In this document: in pieces, positions 18,420 through 27,633 of the stretch
Layout of the letters: each line of letters begins with the position of its first letter
Numbering within the stretch: position 1 is the first letter of the stretch
DNA from: an uncultured bacterium
GTDB taxonomy: Bacteria > Babelota > Babeliae > Babelales > Babelaceae
Assembly: GCA_963824495.1 (NCBI GenBank)
Contig: CAWGPQ010000017.1
Span: 64,001-128,000, forward strand
Direction of reading: 5' to 3'
Length of the DNA: 64,000 nucleotides
The notes under the pieces: model-generated
The model's input: only the letters and a program-made list of their open reading frames with translations
Database searches by the model: none
Told to the model about the DNA's origin: nothing
Position numbers and translations under genes: made by a program

Positions 18420-19889
18420 CTAAGAGTTGGAATTAGGGTTTGATCTTACGTGAGCATATGGCCTTTGAGCAACAACAAAGCGGGCAATATGAGCTGCAAT
18501 TTCAGCGGGAAGTACACCGTCAGGTAGAACACCTAAAGTCTGTGCTGTCCCATTGGTATCGTTATCGGTATGAAGTACGCCAAAACGCCCTTGTTGTCCC
18601 TCAGTTGAAAGCAGGTTAAGAAGAGCTTGTCCTGCCATTGGTTCAAGAAGCCGCTCAATATCGCGATAGTTACGCCCACGAGCAAGTAACCAAGCTGATA
18701 ACCCTCGATCATTAACTCTATTAACAAAATTAACGGTAGCACTATCATGACGAATAAGAGATCGAACAATAGCTACATGCCCAGCTTGAGCTGCTAGATG
18801 CAACGCTGTGTTGCCCTGTGCGTTTTGAACATCAATACGTACACCATGAGCAAGTAACACTTGGAGAATAAGATCATTACCATTACGCGCAGCTAAATGC
18901 AGAACAGTGTTGCCCTCATTATCTTGTATATTCAGGCCAGGATGGTACTCGGCAAGTAAATCTTCAACTAGAGCGCCATAATTCTGAGCAACTGCCCAAT
19001 GTAACGCTGTCATGCCATATGCATCACGATCGTTAATACTATTAGAGAAATAAGACAGAAGCATACCAAAAAGTGTAGAATTATCTCGAGCGAGAAGCCT
19101 CGTAATGGTATCAGTATCTCTCACGATAATTGCCAAAGCCAGCGGTGATATTCCGCTTTGCCTCAATGCTTGTATAATTCTATCCCTATGGAAAGCAAAT
19201 AAAGTAGAAGGTATGATAGCACCACAACGTACAAGCATAGCAACCATCTCTATATTTCTCTGAGTAGCTGCCCATACAAGAGGGGTGAAGTTATTATTAT
19301 CAGCATAGTTAACATCAGCACCAGCTTCTATAAGCATTCTAGCAATTTCTGTATGCCCACGCTCCGCTGTCCATTCCAGGGCAGTATAGTCTAAATTTTT
19401 ATCAATATGATTGACGTTAGCACCAGCTTCTATAAGCATTCTAACTATATCTCTCTGTCCCCTAAGAATTGCCTCTATAAGAGCTGTTCTGCTATCAGAA
19501 GCAACATGATTAACATCAGCGCCATGCTCTATAAGCATTTTAACCATTGGTGCATGACCTCCAGCAATTGCAAATGTAAGAGGAGTCCAGCCAATAGTAT
19601 CAGCTTCATTAACCTGAGCACTATATTTTATAAGCTCGCTAACCATATCTGTATTTCCGTACATAGCTCCGAACCTAAGAGCAGTGAAGCCACGATTATC
19701 AGCACAATTGGCATTAGCACCTTGCCTTAGTAAGGAACTTATCTTATCGGTGTCTCTTAGTTCTGCTGCATGTAACAGCTGCTCATTAAGCAAAAGCTGC
19801 TCTTTCCGAGATAACTGAATGCTCATGAGTTGATTTGAATCAAACAGAAAAATACTAAAACTTGCTAGTGCCAGAATATATTTGTTCAC
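18420..19889 (-). CDS. Exported ankyrin-repeat protein with C-terminal F-box-like motif
   Basis: Signal peptide, about 10 ANK repeats (G.TPL/TAL..A), LPAEIAAHIARF near the C-terminus. Confidence 0.93.
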   Translation of the reverse strand: MNKYILALASFSIFLFDSNQLMSIQLSRKEQLLLNEQLLHAAELRDTDKISSLLRQGANANCADNRGFTALRFGAMYGNTDMVSELIKYSAQVNEADTIGWTPLTFAIAGGHAPMVKMLIEHGADVNHVASDSRTALIEAILRGQRDIVRMLIEAGANVNHIDKNLDYTALEWTAERGHTEIARMLIEAGADVNYADNNNFTPLVWAATQRNIEMVAMLVRCGAIIPSTLFAFHRDRIIQALRQSGISPLALAIIVRDTDTITRLLARDNSTLFGMLLSYFSNSINDRDAYGMTALHWAVAQNYGALVEDLLAEYHPGLNIQDNEGNTVLHLAARNGNDLILQVLLAHGVRIDVQNAQGNTALHLAAQAGHVAIVRSLIRHDSATVNFVNRVNDRGLSAWLLARGRNYRDIERLLEPMAGQALLNLLSTEGQQGRFGVLHTDNDTNGTAQTLGVLPDGVLPAEIAAHIARFVVAQRPYAHVRSNPNSNS

Positions 19890-19943
19890 ATTACGCCTTT
19901 GCTTAAGTCATATCTTATTTAAAATTACAATCATGTAATTATT

Positions 19944-19972
19944 ACTATACCTCGTGCTCTATGCTTTGTCAA
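19944..19972 (-). promoter_or_regulatory. Sigma70-type promoter, duplicated together with the ankyrin gene
   Basis: TTGACA-N17-TATAGT; shares TTTGACAAAGCATAGAGCA with the 18343 promoter. Confidence 0.7.
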
Positions 19973-20106
19973 AAGAGCTCGTAAGCCACCGCTTGTCCCT
20001 CCCCAGCTCGACAAGTTGCAAGAAAAACATTCATGAGCTAAGATAAACAAAATGAATCGGTTGTTCAGAGCAAATGTTATACTCGATATGCAAAGAGGGT
20101 TGATAT

Positions 20107-21459
20107 ATGACAGCAAGTAATCTTGAACATTGGATAACAACAGTTCAAACGTGGGCGTGGGGATGGCCACTTATTATTTTCGTTTTTGCTGCTGCTGTTA
20201 TTATGACCTGTGCATTTAGGTTTATCCAGTTTCGCTATTTTATCCGTGCTTGGCGGTACGTATTTACAGCAGAACAGCAGCCTGGCGTTTCTCAAGAGTC
20301 ATACATAACACCATTTCAGGCGTTCTTAAATACCCTAAACTCAAGTATTGGCAACGGGAGCCTGGCTGGTATGGCTACAGCTGTTTATTCGGGCGGACCA
20401 GGAGCGGCCCTTTGGGTATTTATTCTTGGGACGTTTATGATGGCAGTACGATTTGCTGAAGTATACGCAAGTACAAGATTTATTGAAACATCTGCAACAG
20501 GTGCTTTGCGTGGTGGTCCCATGGTCTATCTCAGCAATGTTCCCGGTGGAAAATTTTTACCATCACTCTATGCCGTATTCTGCTTACTTCTGAGTTTTTT
20601 CAGTGGCAATGCTATGCAGTGTAACTCGATAACACTAGGTCTTCAGCGTATGACCAATCTTGACGCGCGCATTATTGCTGCAATTCTTTTTGCTTTCTTG
20701 CTGTATATTATGCTCGGTGGAGCTCAACGTATTATTCGAGTATCAGATAAAATTGTACCTATCAAAGTAGGAGTCTTTTTTATCGCTACTATCGTTGCTC
20801 TTCTGTACCATTATCAATCACTATGGTCTGCACTTAAACTTATTTTTGAAAGTGCTTTTAGCTCGCGGGCGCTTGCAGGTGGCATACTGGGCTATAGCAT
20901 CCAGGATGCTATCCGTTATGGTATGTCACGATCGCTTAATGCAACTGAGGCAGGGTTAGGCACGTCAGGTGTCTTATTTGGCTCTACTGCCAGCAAGAAC
21001 CCAATGCGCACGGGTATTATGTCGATGGTCACAACATTTATTAGTAGCCATCTTGTATGTTTTAGCATCATGCTCTTGATTGTGGCCAGTGGCGCATGGA
21101 CAAGTGGATTAACGAGTACAGCATTAACAAGCTCTGCTTATGAAACAGTTTTTGGATCTGCTGGAGGCTGGATCGTAACGTTCTTATCAATTGCTTTCGG
21201 CATGGGTGTATTAGTTGCTTATGCCTATATTGGTAGGGAATGCTGGATGTTTCTTACTAAAGGTCGCTTTAATGGAGTATATACAGGAATCTACTGCTTG
21301 ATGGCTTTGTTTGGAGCACTAGCTCGTGTAGCAGCAGTATGGAATGCTATTGATATCGTCAACGCAGGCCTTCTTGCTGTTAACTTATATGGCTTACTTG
21401 TACTTACACCCTTTATGAGTAGAGCAGTGCAGGCTTACATGAGCAAGCACTCTTCCTAA
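20107..21459 (+). CDS. Alanine/glycine:cation symporter (AGCS family)
   Basis: TPFQA, IGNGSLAGMATA, GGPGAALW, RGGPMVY; many TM helices. Confidence 0.92.
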   Translation: MTASNLEHWITTVQTWAWGWPLIIFVFAAAVIMTCAFRFIQFRYFIRAWRYVFTAEQQPGVSQESYITPFQAFLNTLNSSIGNGSLAGMATAVYSGGPGAALWVFILGTFMMAVRFAEVYASTRFIETSATGALRGGPMVYLSNVPGGKFLPSLYAVFCLLLSFFSGNAMQCNSITLGLQRMTNLDARIIAAILFAFLLYIMLGGAQRIIRVSDKIVPIKVGVFFIATIVALLYHYQSLWSALKLIFESAFSSRALAGGILGYSIQDAIRYGMSRSLNATEAGLGTSGVLFGSTASKNPMRTGIMSMVTTFISSHLVCFSIMLLIVASGAWTSGLTSTALTSSAYETVFGSAGGWIVTFLSIAFGMGVLVAYAYIGRECWMFLTKGRFNGVYTGIYCLMALFGALARVAAVWNAIDIVNAGLLAVNLYGLLVLTPFMSRAVQAYMSKHSS

Positions 21460-21517
21460 AAAGCACATACCTGATATACTGATACTACATATATAGTATT
21501 TTACAGCTAGCTATTTC

Positions 21518-22870
21518 TTGGACAGTATGCTTTATTATAGTGATGCGGTTCTCCAGCGCATAGGTTCCTTTATTTGGGGATGGCCTCTTGTTATCGGCGT
21601 GAGTACCATAAGTATTATTTTTACCATTGCCCTTAATTTTATTCAGTTTCGCTATTTTACCGCAAGCTGGAAGTATTTACTGTTCTCCGATCATACCGCT
21701 CGTACCAACCCAGAATATATTACGCCCTTTCAGGCATTTATGAATACGCTTAATGCAAGTATTGGTAATGGAAGTTTAGCCGGTATGGCAACAGCTATCG
21801 CTTCGGGTGGGCCTGGAGCAGCATTCTGGGTATTTATACTGGGTTTCTTTACTATGGCCATTAGATATGCCGAAGTATATGCAAGTACAAGCTTTACTGA
21901 CACCACAGCGGCGGGTTTATGGCGTGGGGGACCTATGGTTTTTCTTGGCAAAGTGCCTGGTAAACGTATATTACCTTTGCTCTATGCAGTATCATGCTTA
22001 CTGGTAAGTTTTATAGCAGGAAGCGCATTACAGTGCAATTCGATGCGCTTGGGTATTGAACGCATAACTCACGCCGAACCAAGCATGATCGCTTTCGCTC
22101 TTTTTGCTTTTTTAGCCTATATCATGCTTGGTGGTGCCCAACGCATTATTAAGATCTCAAATACGTTGGTGCCCTTAAAAGTTGGGCTTTTCTTCGTAAC
22201 GATACTTATAGTACTTGTTTATCACTATCGCATGCTCGATGATGCCCTATTTTTAATTATTAAAAGTGCTTTAAAGCCTCAAGCAGTTACCAGTGGTATC
22301 GCTGGGTATTCTATTAAGCAAGCGCTGCGCTTTGGTATTTCCCGCAAATTAAGCGCAACAGAAGTAGGATTAGGAACTGCTGGTGTGCTTTTTGGTGCAA
22401 CAAAAGCTGTTAACCCTTGGCGAAATGCAATAATGTCAATGGCATCGGTCGTTGTCAGTAATCACTTGGTGTGCTTTATGCTTATGCTTGCCCTTGTTGC
22501 AAGCGGTGTCTGGGACAGCGGTCTTACAAGTATAGCATTAACCAGTGCTGCTTATGAAACAGTATTCGGCTCGATTGGTGCCTGGATCGTAACGTTCTTG
22601 TCTATTATCTTTGGTATGGGCGTCATGATTTCATATGCTTATATCGGTCGTGAGTGCTGGAGGTTTATTACGGGGGGCCGCTTTCTCTGGCTTTATAGTA
22701 TAATCTACTGCATGATGGCCCTTGTAGGTTCGCTCGGCAACGTTGAAAGTATTTGGAGTGCCGTCGATAGTGCTAACGCTGGTATGCTTGTTATTAATCT
22801 TTACGGATTACTTATGCTTTTGCCGTGGTTAAGGCGAGAGTTGCGTGCTCAAGAACTAACCCCAGTATAA
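21518..22870 (+). CDS. Alanine/glycine:cation symporter (AGCS family), tandem paralog
   Basis: Same motifs as the upstream copy; both 450 aa. Confidence 0.92.
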   Translation: MDSMLYYSDAVLQRIGSFIWGWPLVIGVSTISIIFTIALNFIQFRYFTASWKYLLFSDHTARTNPEYITPFQAFMNTLNASIGNGSLAGMATAIASGGPGAAFWVFILGFFTMAIRYAEVYASTSFTDTTAAGLWRGGPMVFLGKVPGKRILPLLYAVSCLLVSFIAGSALQCNSMRLGIERITHAEPSMIAFALFAFLAYIMLGGAQRIIKISNTLVPLKVGLFFVTILIVLVYHYRMLDDALFLIIKSALKPQAVTSGIAGYSIKQALRFGISRKLSATEVGLGTAGVLFGATKAVNPWRNAIMSMASVVVSNHLVCFMLMLALVASGVWDSGLTSIALTSAAYETVFGSIGAWIVTFLSIIFGMGVMISYAYIGRECWRFITGGRFLWLYSIIYCMMALVGSLGNVESIWSAVDSANAGMLVINLYGLLMLLPWLRRELRAQELTPV

Positions 22871-22901
22871 ACCTGTTTAAACTATAAGTGTTATAAGTGC
22901 T

Positions 22902-24326
22902 ATGAGTGTATTGCCAACCGTGTTTCCTGTTACCTGTCATACTACGCATGTAGGTCCGGGTAGTACTTTTGTTGCTATTAAAGGCATCAAAGAAGATGGT
23001 ATTACGTATATCCCTGAAGCAGTTGCTCGTGGAGCATCACGTATTGTCATTGAAGAAAGCGTTGTGCTTTCTTCATCTATTCAAGAACTGCTTACCAGTA
23101 AAAATATAGCACCACTTCGTGTAGCTAATACACGTCAGGCACTCGCTGAACTAAGCGCTCAAGCACTTGATTATCCTGCACGGTCTTTAAAGATTATTGG
23201 CATAACGGGAACCGTAGGTAAATCAACAACTGTTTTTTTATTGGAGCACGTGCTTAAGTCAGCTGGTTATGCAACAGCGCGTATAAGCTCGGTGACCAAC
23301 TCCATTAAAGAAACTTTATTGCCAGCACCACTTACGACACCCCAACCTGATTATATACAGGTATTTCTCGACACATGCCGCAGACAAAATATCGAGTGGA
23401 TTGTTATGGAAGTTGCAGCTCAAGCATTATCCCTTCACCGTGTAGATGGTATAGAATTTGAAGCGGTTATTTTTACCAATTTTAGCCGAGAGCACGGTGA
23501 GTTTTACCCAACACTTACTGATTACTTTAACGCAAAAAAGCTTATTCTTAATCAAGTTAAGCCTGGGGCGCTTGTTCTGCTTAATAATGACGATCCACAT
23601 ATTGCTCAACTCGTCTGCCCTCAAGCTCGCGTAATCTCCTATGGTTTACAAGCCACCTGTTCATATTGGGCACAGGTTAACCAAGCAGATCTTAATGGCT
23701 TAGATCTCACTGTGTATAATTCTAACCATGAGGAGCTTCCACTTATTTGTCCCGCGTCATGTGGTTACTTTAACGGTTACAATATCTTAGCCGCTACAAG
23801 CTGTGCACTACGCCTTGGTATAGCACCTCATGCTATTCAACAAGCATGTCGGACATTTGCTGGCGTGCCGGGCCGCTTAACCCGTTTTGTATTGCCTAAT
23901 GGCGCCACAGCGTTTATTGATTACGCTTATAACCCATCGTCATTTCAAGCTGTACTGTCAACGCTACGACAACTTAGTTCACATATAATTGTTGTATTTG
24001 GGGCCGGCGGGGACCGTGATGTCCCAAGGCGCCCTCTAATGGGTGCTGTAGCTGCCCAGTATGCCGATAGTATTATTTTGACATCCGATAATCCACGGTC
24101 GGAAGATCCCATGGCTATTATTCAGAATATTCAAGCAGGCATATCGCCCGAGAATAATCATACAGTACTTATTGAACTTGATCGTGAGCAAGCAATAAGA
24201 CATGCCTATAAGCTATCAGGCTCAAAAAGCATTATAGCTCTTTTGGGCAAGGGACCTGATGAATTTCAGCTTGTTAAAGGCATCAAATATCATTTTAGCG
24301 AAGCAGCTATACTTCAGTCTTTATAG
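22902..24326 (+). CDS. murE: UDP-N-acetylmuramoyl-L-Ala-D-Glu--meso-DAP ligase
   Basis: GITGTVGKSTT, LTTP, VPGR, VFGAGGDRD, DNPR (DAP specificity), GKG. Confidence 0.93.
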   Translation: MSVLPTVFPVTCHTTHVGPGSTFVAIKGIKEDGITYIPEAVARGASRIVIEESVVLSSSIQELLTSKNIAPLRVANTRQALAELSAQALDYPARSLKIIGITGTVGKSTTVFLLEHVLKSAGYATARISSVTNSIKETLLPAPLTTPQPDYIQVFLDTCRRQNIEWIVMEVAAQALSLHRVDGIEFEAVIFTNFSREHGEFYPTLTDYFNAKKLILNQVKPGALVLLNNDDPHIAQLVCPQARVISYGLQATCSYWAQVNQADLNGLDLTVYNSNHEELPLICPASCGYFNGYNILAATSCALRLGIAPHAIQQACRTFAGVPGRLTRFVLPNGATAFIDYAYNPSSFQAVLSTLRQLSSHIIVVFGAGGDRDVPRRPLMGAVAAQYADSIILTSDNPRSEDPMAIIQNIQAGISPENNHTVLIELDREQAIRHAYKLSGSKSIIALLGKGPDEFQLVKGIKYHFSEAAILQSL

Positions 24327-24371
24327 ATAAAAAAAACTCAGTAACTTGAGTTGCGCAAAACGGCCAAGCAA

Positions 24372-24413
24372 AAGGCCTTCCGTTATGTCTTGTAAGATTA
24401 TAAGGAAGGCCTT
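24372..24413. terminator. Inverted repeat between convergent genes
   Basis: AAGGCCTTCC ... GGAAGGCCTT. Confidence 0.5.
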
Positions 24414-24449
24414 AACTTTAACAACTATAAGAAGTTATTAGATAGAGGC

Positions 24450-24635
24450 TTATCTGCAACCGCAACAACGTCTGCGACAACCACAGCCACAGTTGCTGTG
24501 TTTGAAAGAAACACTATCGCCTTGGGACAGTATCTCTTTTTGATCGGCTTTTACTGCGCCTTGAGCTTTATCTGAGCAGAAGACTGGAGCAGGAATAAGC
24601 GAAACAGCGAGTAATGCCATGCTTAATGTTTTCAT
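24450..24635 (-). CDS. Small exported cysteine-rich peptide
   Basis: Signal peptide; C-terminus CGCGCRRRCCGCR; AAGGA SD and its own promoter upstream. Confidence 0.7.
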   Translation of the reverse strand: MKTLSMALLAVSLIPAPVFCSDKAQGAVKADQKEILSQGDSVSFKHSNCGCGCRRRCCGCR

Positions 24636-24684
24636 GGGCATCCTTTCTTAAAAGAGGTTTTGAACACTTTGATCTCAGTGCCCC

Positions 24685-24713
24685 ACCATACCTAAGCATA
24701 TTGTTGCTGTCAA
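24685..24713 (-). promoter_or_regulatory. Sigma70-type promoter of the Cys-rich peptide gene
   Basis: TTGACA-N17-TATGGT. Confidence 0.55.
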
Positions 24714-24759
24714 TAGATCAAAGCTCTATTGGCAAAGTCTTCTTAAAACCCAGGCTCAA

Positions 24760-25881
24760 TTAGCGAATTGAATGATAGCCACCGGAAACTCCTTTTTTTG
24801 AAAGCACAATTTGCCAAAGCTGACAATAACGTGCTCTAAAAGCTCCAGCGCAGCTGAGCAAATAGTAGCTCCACATGCGATAAAAGCGTTCACTATAGTT
24901 TGACTTAAGGGTATTCCAACTTTTATTGAAATTGGCATACCAAGCAAGAAGAGTTTTTTCATAAAAAGCACTAAAATTATGCCAATCTTCCATAACAAAT
25001 AACCCTTCGCCCGCTGCAGCTATCTGCTTGATAGACGGAAGCATAGAGTTAGGGAAAATATACTTTTCTAGCCAAGGGTCACCCGCAGTACAAGATCTAT
25101 TGCCACCTATAGTATGCAAAAGAAACAAACCGTCATCTTTTAAGCAGCGGTTAATAATATGCATATAGGTGCTATAGTTCTTATAGCCAACATGCTCAAA
25201 CATGCCCAATGACACAATGTGATCAAACGGCTCATTAACCTCTCGATAATCCTGTAATCGTATCTCGACTGGCAGCCCCTTGCAGAGCTTATTGCCGAGA
25301 GCAACTTGTTCAGCAGATATAGTAACTCCTACAACACTGACACCATAGTGCTCGGCTGCATATTTTGCAAAGCTTCCCCAACCACAGCCGACATCAAGAA
25401 CATGCATGCCAGGCTTAAGACCAATTTTGCGGCATACTAAATCAAGCTTCGCTTCTTGTGCATCGTCAAGATTATGAGTATCTTTCCAATATCCACAAGT
25501 ATAGACTAATCGCTTATCAAGCATGCTTTCATAAAGATCATTACCTAAATCATAATGGTGCTCACCAACCTGATAAGCACGTCTGGCATGCTGTAGGTTA
25601 TACAGCTGTGCTTTAAGCATATGCCAGAGCAATGTTGGACTTGGGCGTAGTTTATTGGGCAAATCTACGGTAAGAATTTTGTTAAAAAATTCGTCAAGCT
25701 GCTGGCAATCCCACCAACCGTCCATATAGGCTTGGCCGAGCCCTAGCGATCCTTTGGCAAAAACACGAGTGTACAAACGGTCATTATGCACCTGTATATC
25801 CCATGGACGATTGCCATTAACGATAATATCGGCAAGACTCAATAAGTGCGTAGCAAGCTCCTTCGCTCCCCTCTGTAGCAT
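24760..25881 (-). CDS. cfa: Cyclopropane-fatty-acyl-phospholipid synthase
   Basis: HYDLGNDLY, YTCGYW, VLDVGCGWG SAM motif, SLGMFEHVG, YIFP, RMW.YYL. Confidence 0.96.
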   Translation of the reverse strand: MLQRGAKELATHLLSLADIIVNGNRPWDIQVHNDRLYTRVFAKGSLGLGQAYMDGWWDCQQLDEFFNKILTVDLPNKLRPSPTLLWHMLKAQLYNLQHARRAYQVGEHHYDLGNDLYESMLDKRLVYTCGYWKDTHNLDDAQEAKLDLVCRKIGLKPGMHVLDVGCGWGSFAKYAAEHYGVSVVGVTISAEQVALGNKLCKGLPVEIRLQDYREVNEPFDHIVSLGMFEHVGYKNYSTYMHIINRCLKDDGLFLLHTIGGNRSCTAGDPWLEKYIFPNSMLPSIKQIAAAGEGLFVMEDWHNFSAFYEKTLLAWYANFNKSWNTLKSNYSERFYRMWSYYLLSCAGAFRARYCQLWQIVLSKKGVSGGYHSIR

Positions 25882-25947
25882 AGTACTCTACCCTCACGCT
25901 TACACAGTACAGCAGTATACTTTTTTGTGAGCATAAAAAAGTAACGA

Positions 25948-26037
25948 CTAAGAAGTCAATTGAAGCTTGTTGATCACATGCTCAAGTCTGCTGTATGCTT
26001 GCAGTAGGGTCTTGCAGCGAAGCTTTAACCTTTCCAT
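25948..26037 (-). pseudogene. Truncated N-terminus of a probable HEPN (nucleotidyltransferase substrate-binding) partner
   Basis: MERLKLRCKTLLQAYSRL overlaps the MNT stop; ends after 29 codons. Confidence 0.4.
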
Positions 26038-26310
26038 AAAATGACCTCGGGCATTATCTCAGTTTTCATCTCTTCAGGAACAGAATGTATATCGACAATA
26101 TCAATTCGTTAGGGTATATAGAGGCATTCAAGAACGTTTCTCGCTTGAGCTAATTCTAACATATCTAATTTGCGCCCTGCATCAAGAGCAATATCTATAT
26201 CCGAAGTCACCTTATGGGTTCCCCGAGCGCGAGAACCAAACAGATAAATTTTAGCATTTGGGGAATAATACATAAAGAAGTCTTGTCATAACGTCTTGAT
26301 CTTTAATCAT
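26025..26310 (-). pseudogene. Minimal nucleotidyltransferase (MNT) relic
   Basis: AKIYLFGSRARGTH..TSDIDIALD...IDIVD; frameshift near 26262 and in-frame TAA near 26110; absent from the ORF track. Confidence 0.8.
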
Positions 26311-26323
26311 GCTTGGAGCTCCA

Positions 26324-26360
26324 TCAGCACAGAAGCCAGTAGTACTGGCTTCTGTGCTGA
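26324..26360 (-). terminator. Perfect 17-bp stem hairpin downstream of the ankyrin gene
   Basis: TCAGCACAGAAGCCAGT-AGT-ACTGGCTTCTGTGCTGA. Confidence 0.65.
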
Positions 26361-26405
26361 CTATACAGCTTGATTATAGAATATCCTGAGCACTTAAGCA
26401 ATCAC

Positions 26406-27518
26406 TTAGAACCCTGATTGAGGTGGAACTCCCGGTGCCATAGCAAGTTGGGCAATAATAGCAGCAATTTCAGCCGGAAGCGGTTGACCTGTGGGAGTTG
26501 GAGCCCATGCAAATTCACCAGCTTGTCGTCCTGTTTGTGTTAGCTGACCGTATACAAGTTCGCTTGCATGTCTTTCAAGAAAATCTGCAACTTCAGGATG
26601 ATTATTTCGAAAAGCAAGAATCCATGCTGACGCATGTTGATTATTGAAGAGATTCGCCAGAGCATTATGACGAAGTAAAACTTGAACAGCACGTAGGTGT
26701 CCATTACGGGCTGCGTAATGCAAGGCCGTATCGCCGTTATTGTTACGTTCATTGACATGAGCACCTGCTCGTAAAAGGCTCTCAATAATGTCAGGATTGC
26801 CAGCAAGCGCTGCATAGTGTAATGGTGTATTGCCTGCAGTGCTTCGTACTTTAACATCAGCTCCACGATCAAGTAACAGGCGCACAAGATCTGCATGGCC
26901 CCGGACGGCAGCCCAATCTAATGCCGTCATACCCAAAAATGGCTCAGCATCATTAATTACTTGAGGCATCTTGTTCAAGATAGTAGCAACTGCTTCTGTA
27001 TCGCCTTCGATGAGTGCCAAATTCAAAGGCGATAAAACAGGACGTAGTAGATCAATCATTCTTTGATAAAGTTCAGCAGGAACGGGTGCATCATTGGCCA
27101 AAAGCAAGAACACTGCTCGATCTTGTCCTTGAAGTAGTGCTAAAGCCAAGGGAGTTTGTCCCTGCTGATTTGCATGATTAATATGAGCATTGTGAGCAAG
27201 TAAAAGTTGCATAACAGGTATCTGTCCTTCATAGGCAGCCCAACTTAAAGGAGTATTTCCATACGTATCTATAGTATCAACATTGGCACCTCCTTGCAGT
27301 GCCTTCTCAATCGTCTCCACAGCCCCCATGCCTACTGCTGCACGCAACGATAATTGCTTAAGCTTTTTACGTGCTTCTTGAGATAGCTCTGGGCGATATT
27401 TTTGTTTTTTCCTCGGTGGACTTGGTGGTGACGTGCTCCAGACCTGTAAACAAGAAACACTGAGCACTAAAGCTACAAAAGACACGGTGAACAATCGTAA
27501 ATTTTTAGATATTTCCAT
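26406..27518 (-). CDS. Exported ankyrin-repeat protein with C-terminal F-box-like motif
   Basis: Signal peptide, basic PPRKKQK segment, ANK repeats, LPAEIAAIIAQL. Confidence 0.92.
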   Translation of the reverse strand: MEISKNLRLFTVSFVALVLSVSCLQVWSTSPPSPPRKKQKYRPELSQEARKKLKQLSLRAAVGMGAVETIEKALQGGANVDTIDTYGNTPLSWAAYEGQIPVMQLLLAHNAHINHANQQGQTPLALALLQGQDRAVFLLLANDAPVPAELYQRMIDLLRPVLSPLNLALIEGDTEAVATILNKMPQVINDAEPFLGMTALDWAAVRGHADLVRLLLDRGADVKVRSTAGNTPLHYAALAGNPDIIESLLRAGAHVNERNNNGDTALHYAARNGHLRAVQVLLRHNALANLFNNQHASAWILAFRNNHPEVADFLERHASELVYGQLTQTGRQAGEFAWAPTPTGQPLPAEIAAIIAQLAMAPGVPPQSGF

Positions 27519-27633
27519 AAGTTAAGCCTCATTTATATCAAATAAACTATCTGTCTAATAGTAATAGTAGCAAATTATGGGCCGAGGCGTCAACACTTAA
27601 TTGTTCGGTAGTGAAGTAGCAATGTTAGATACG

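Noticed and set aside
19407..19730. Antisense ORFs over ankyrin genes (also 50702-51301) and other nested ORFs in the track
   Set aside because: Shadow frames of repetitive or well-supported genes, with no motifs or SD sites
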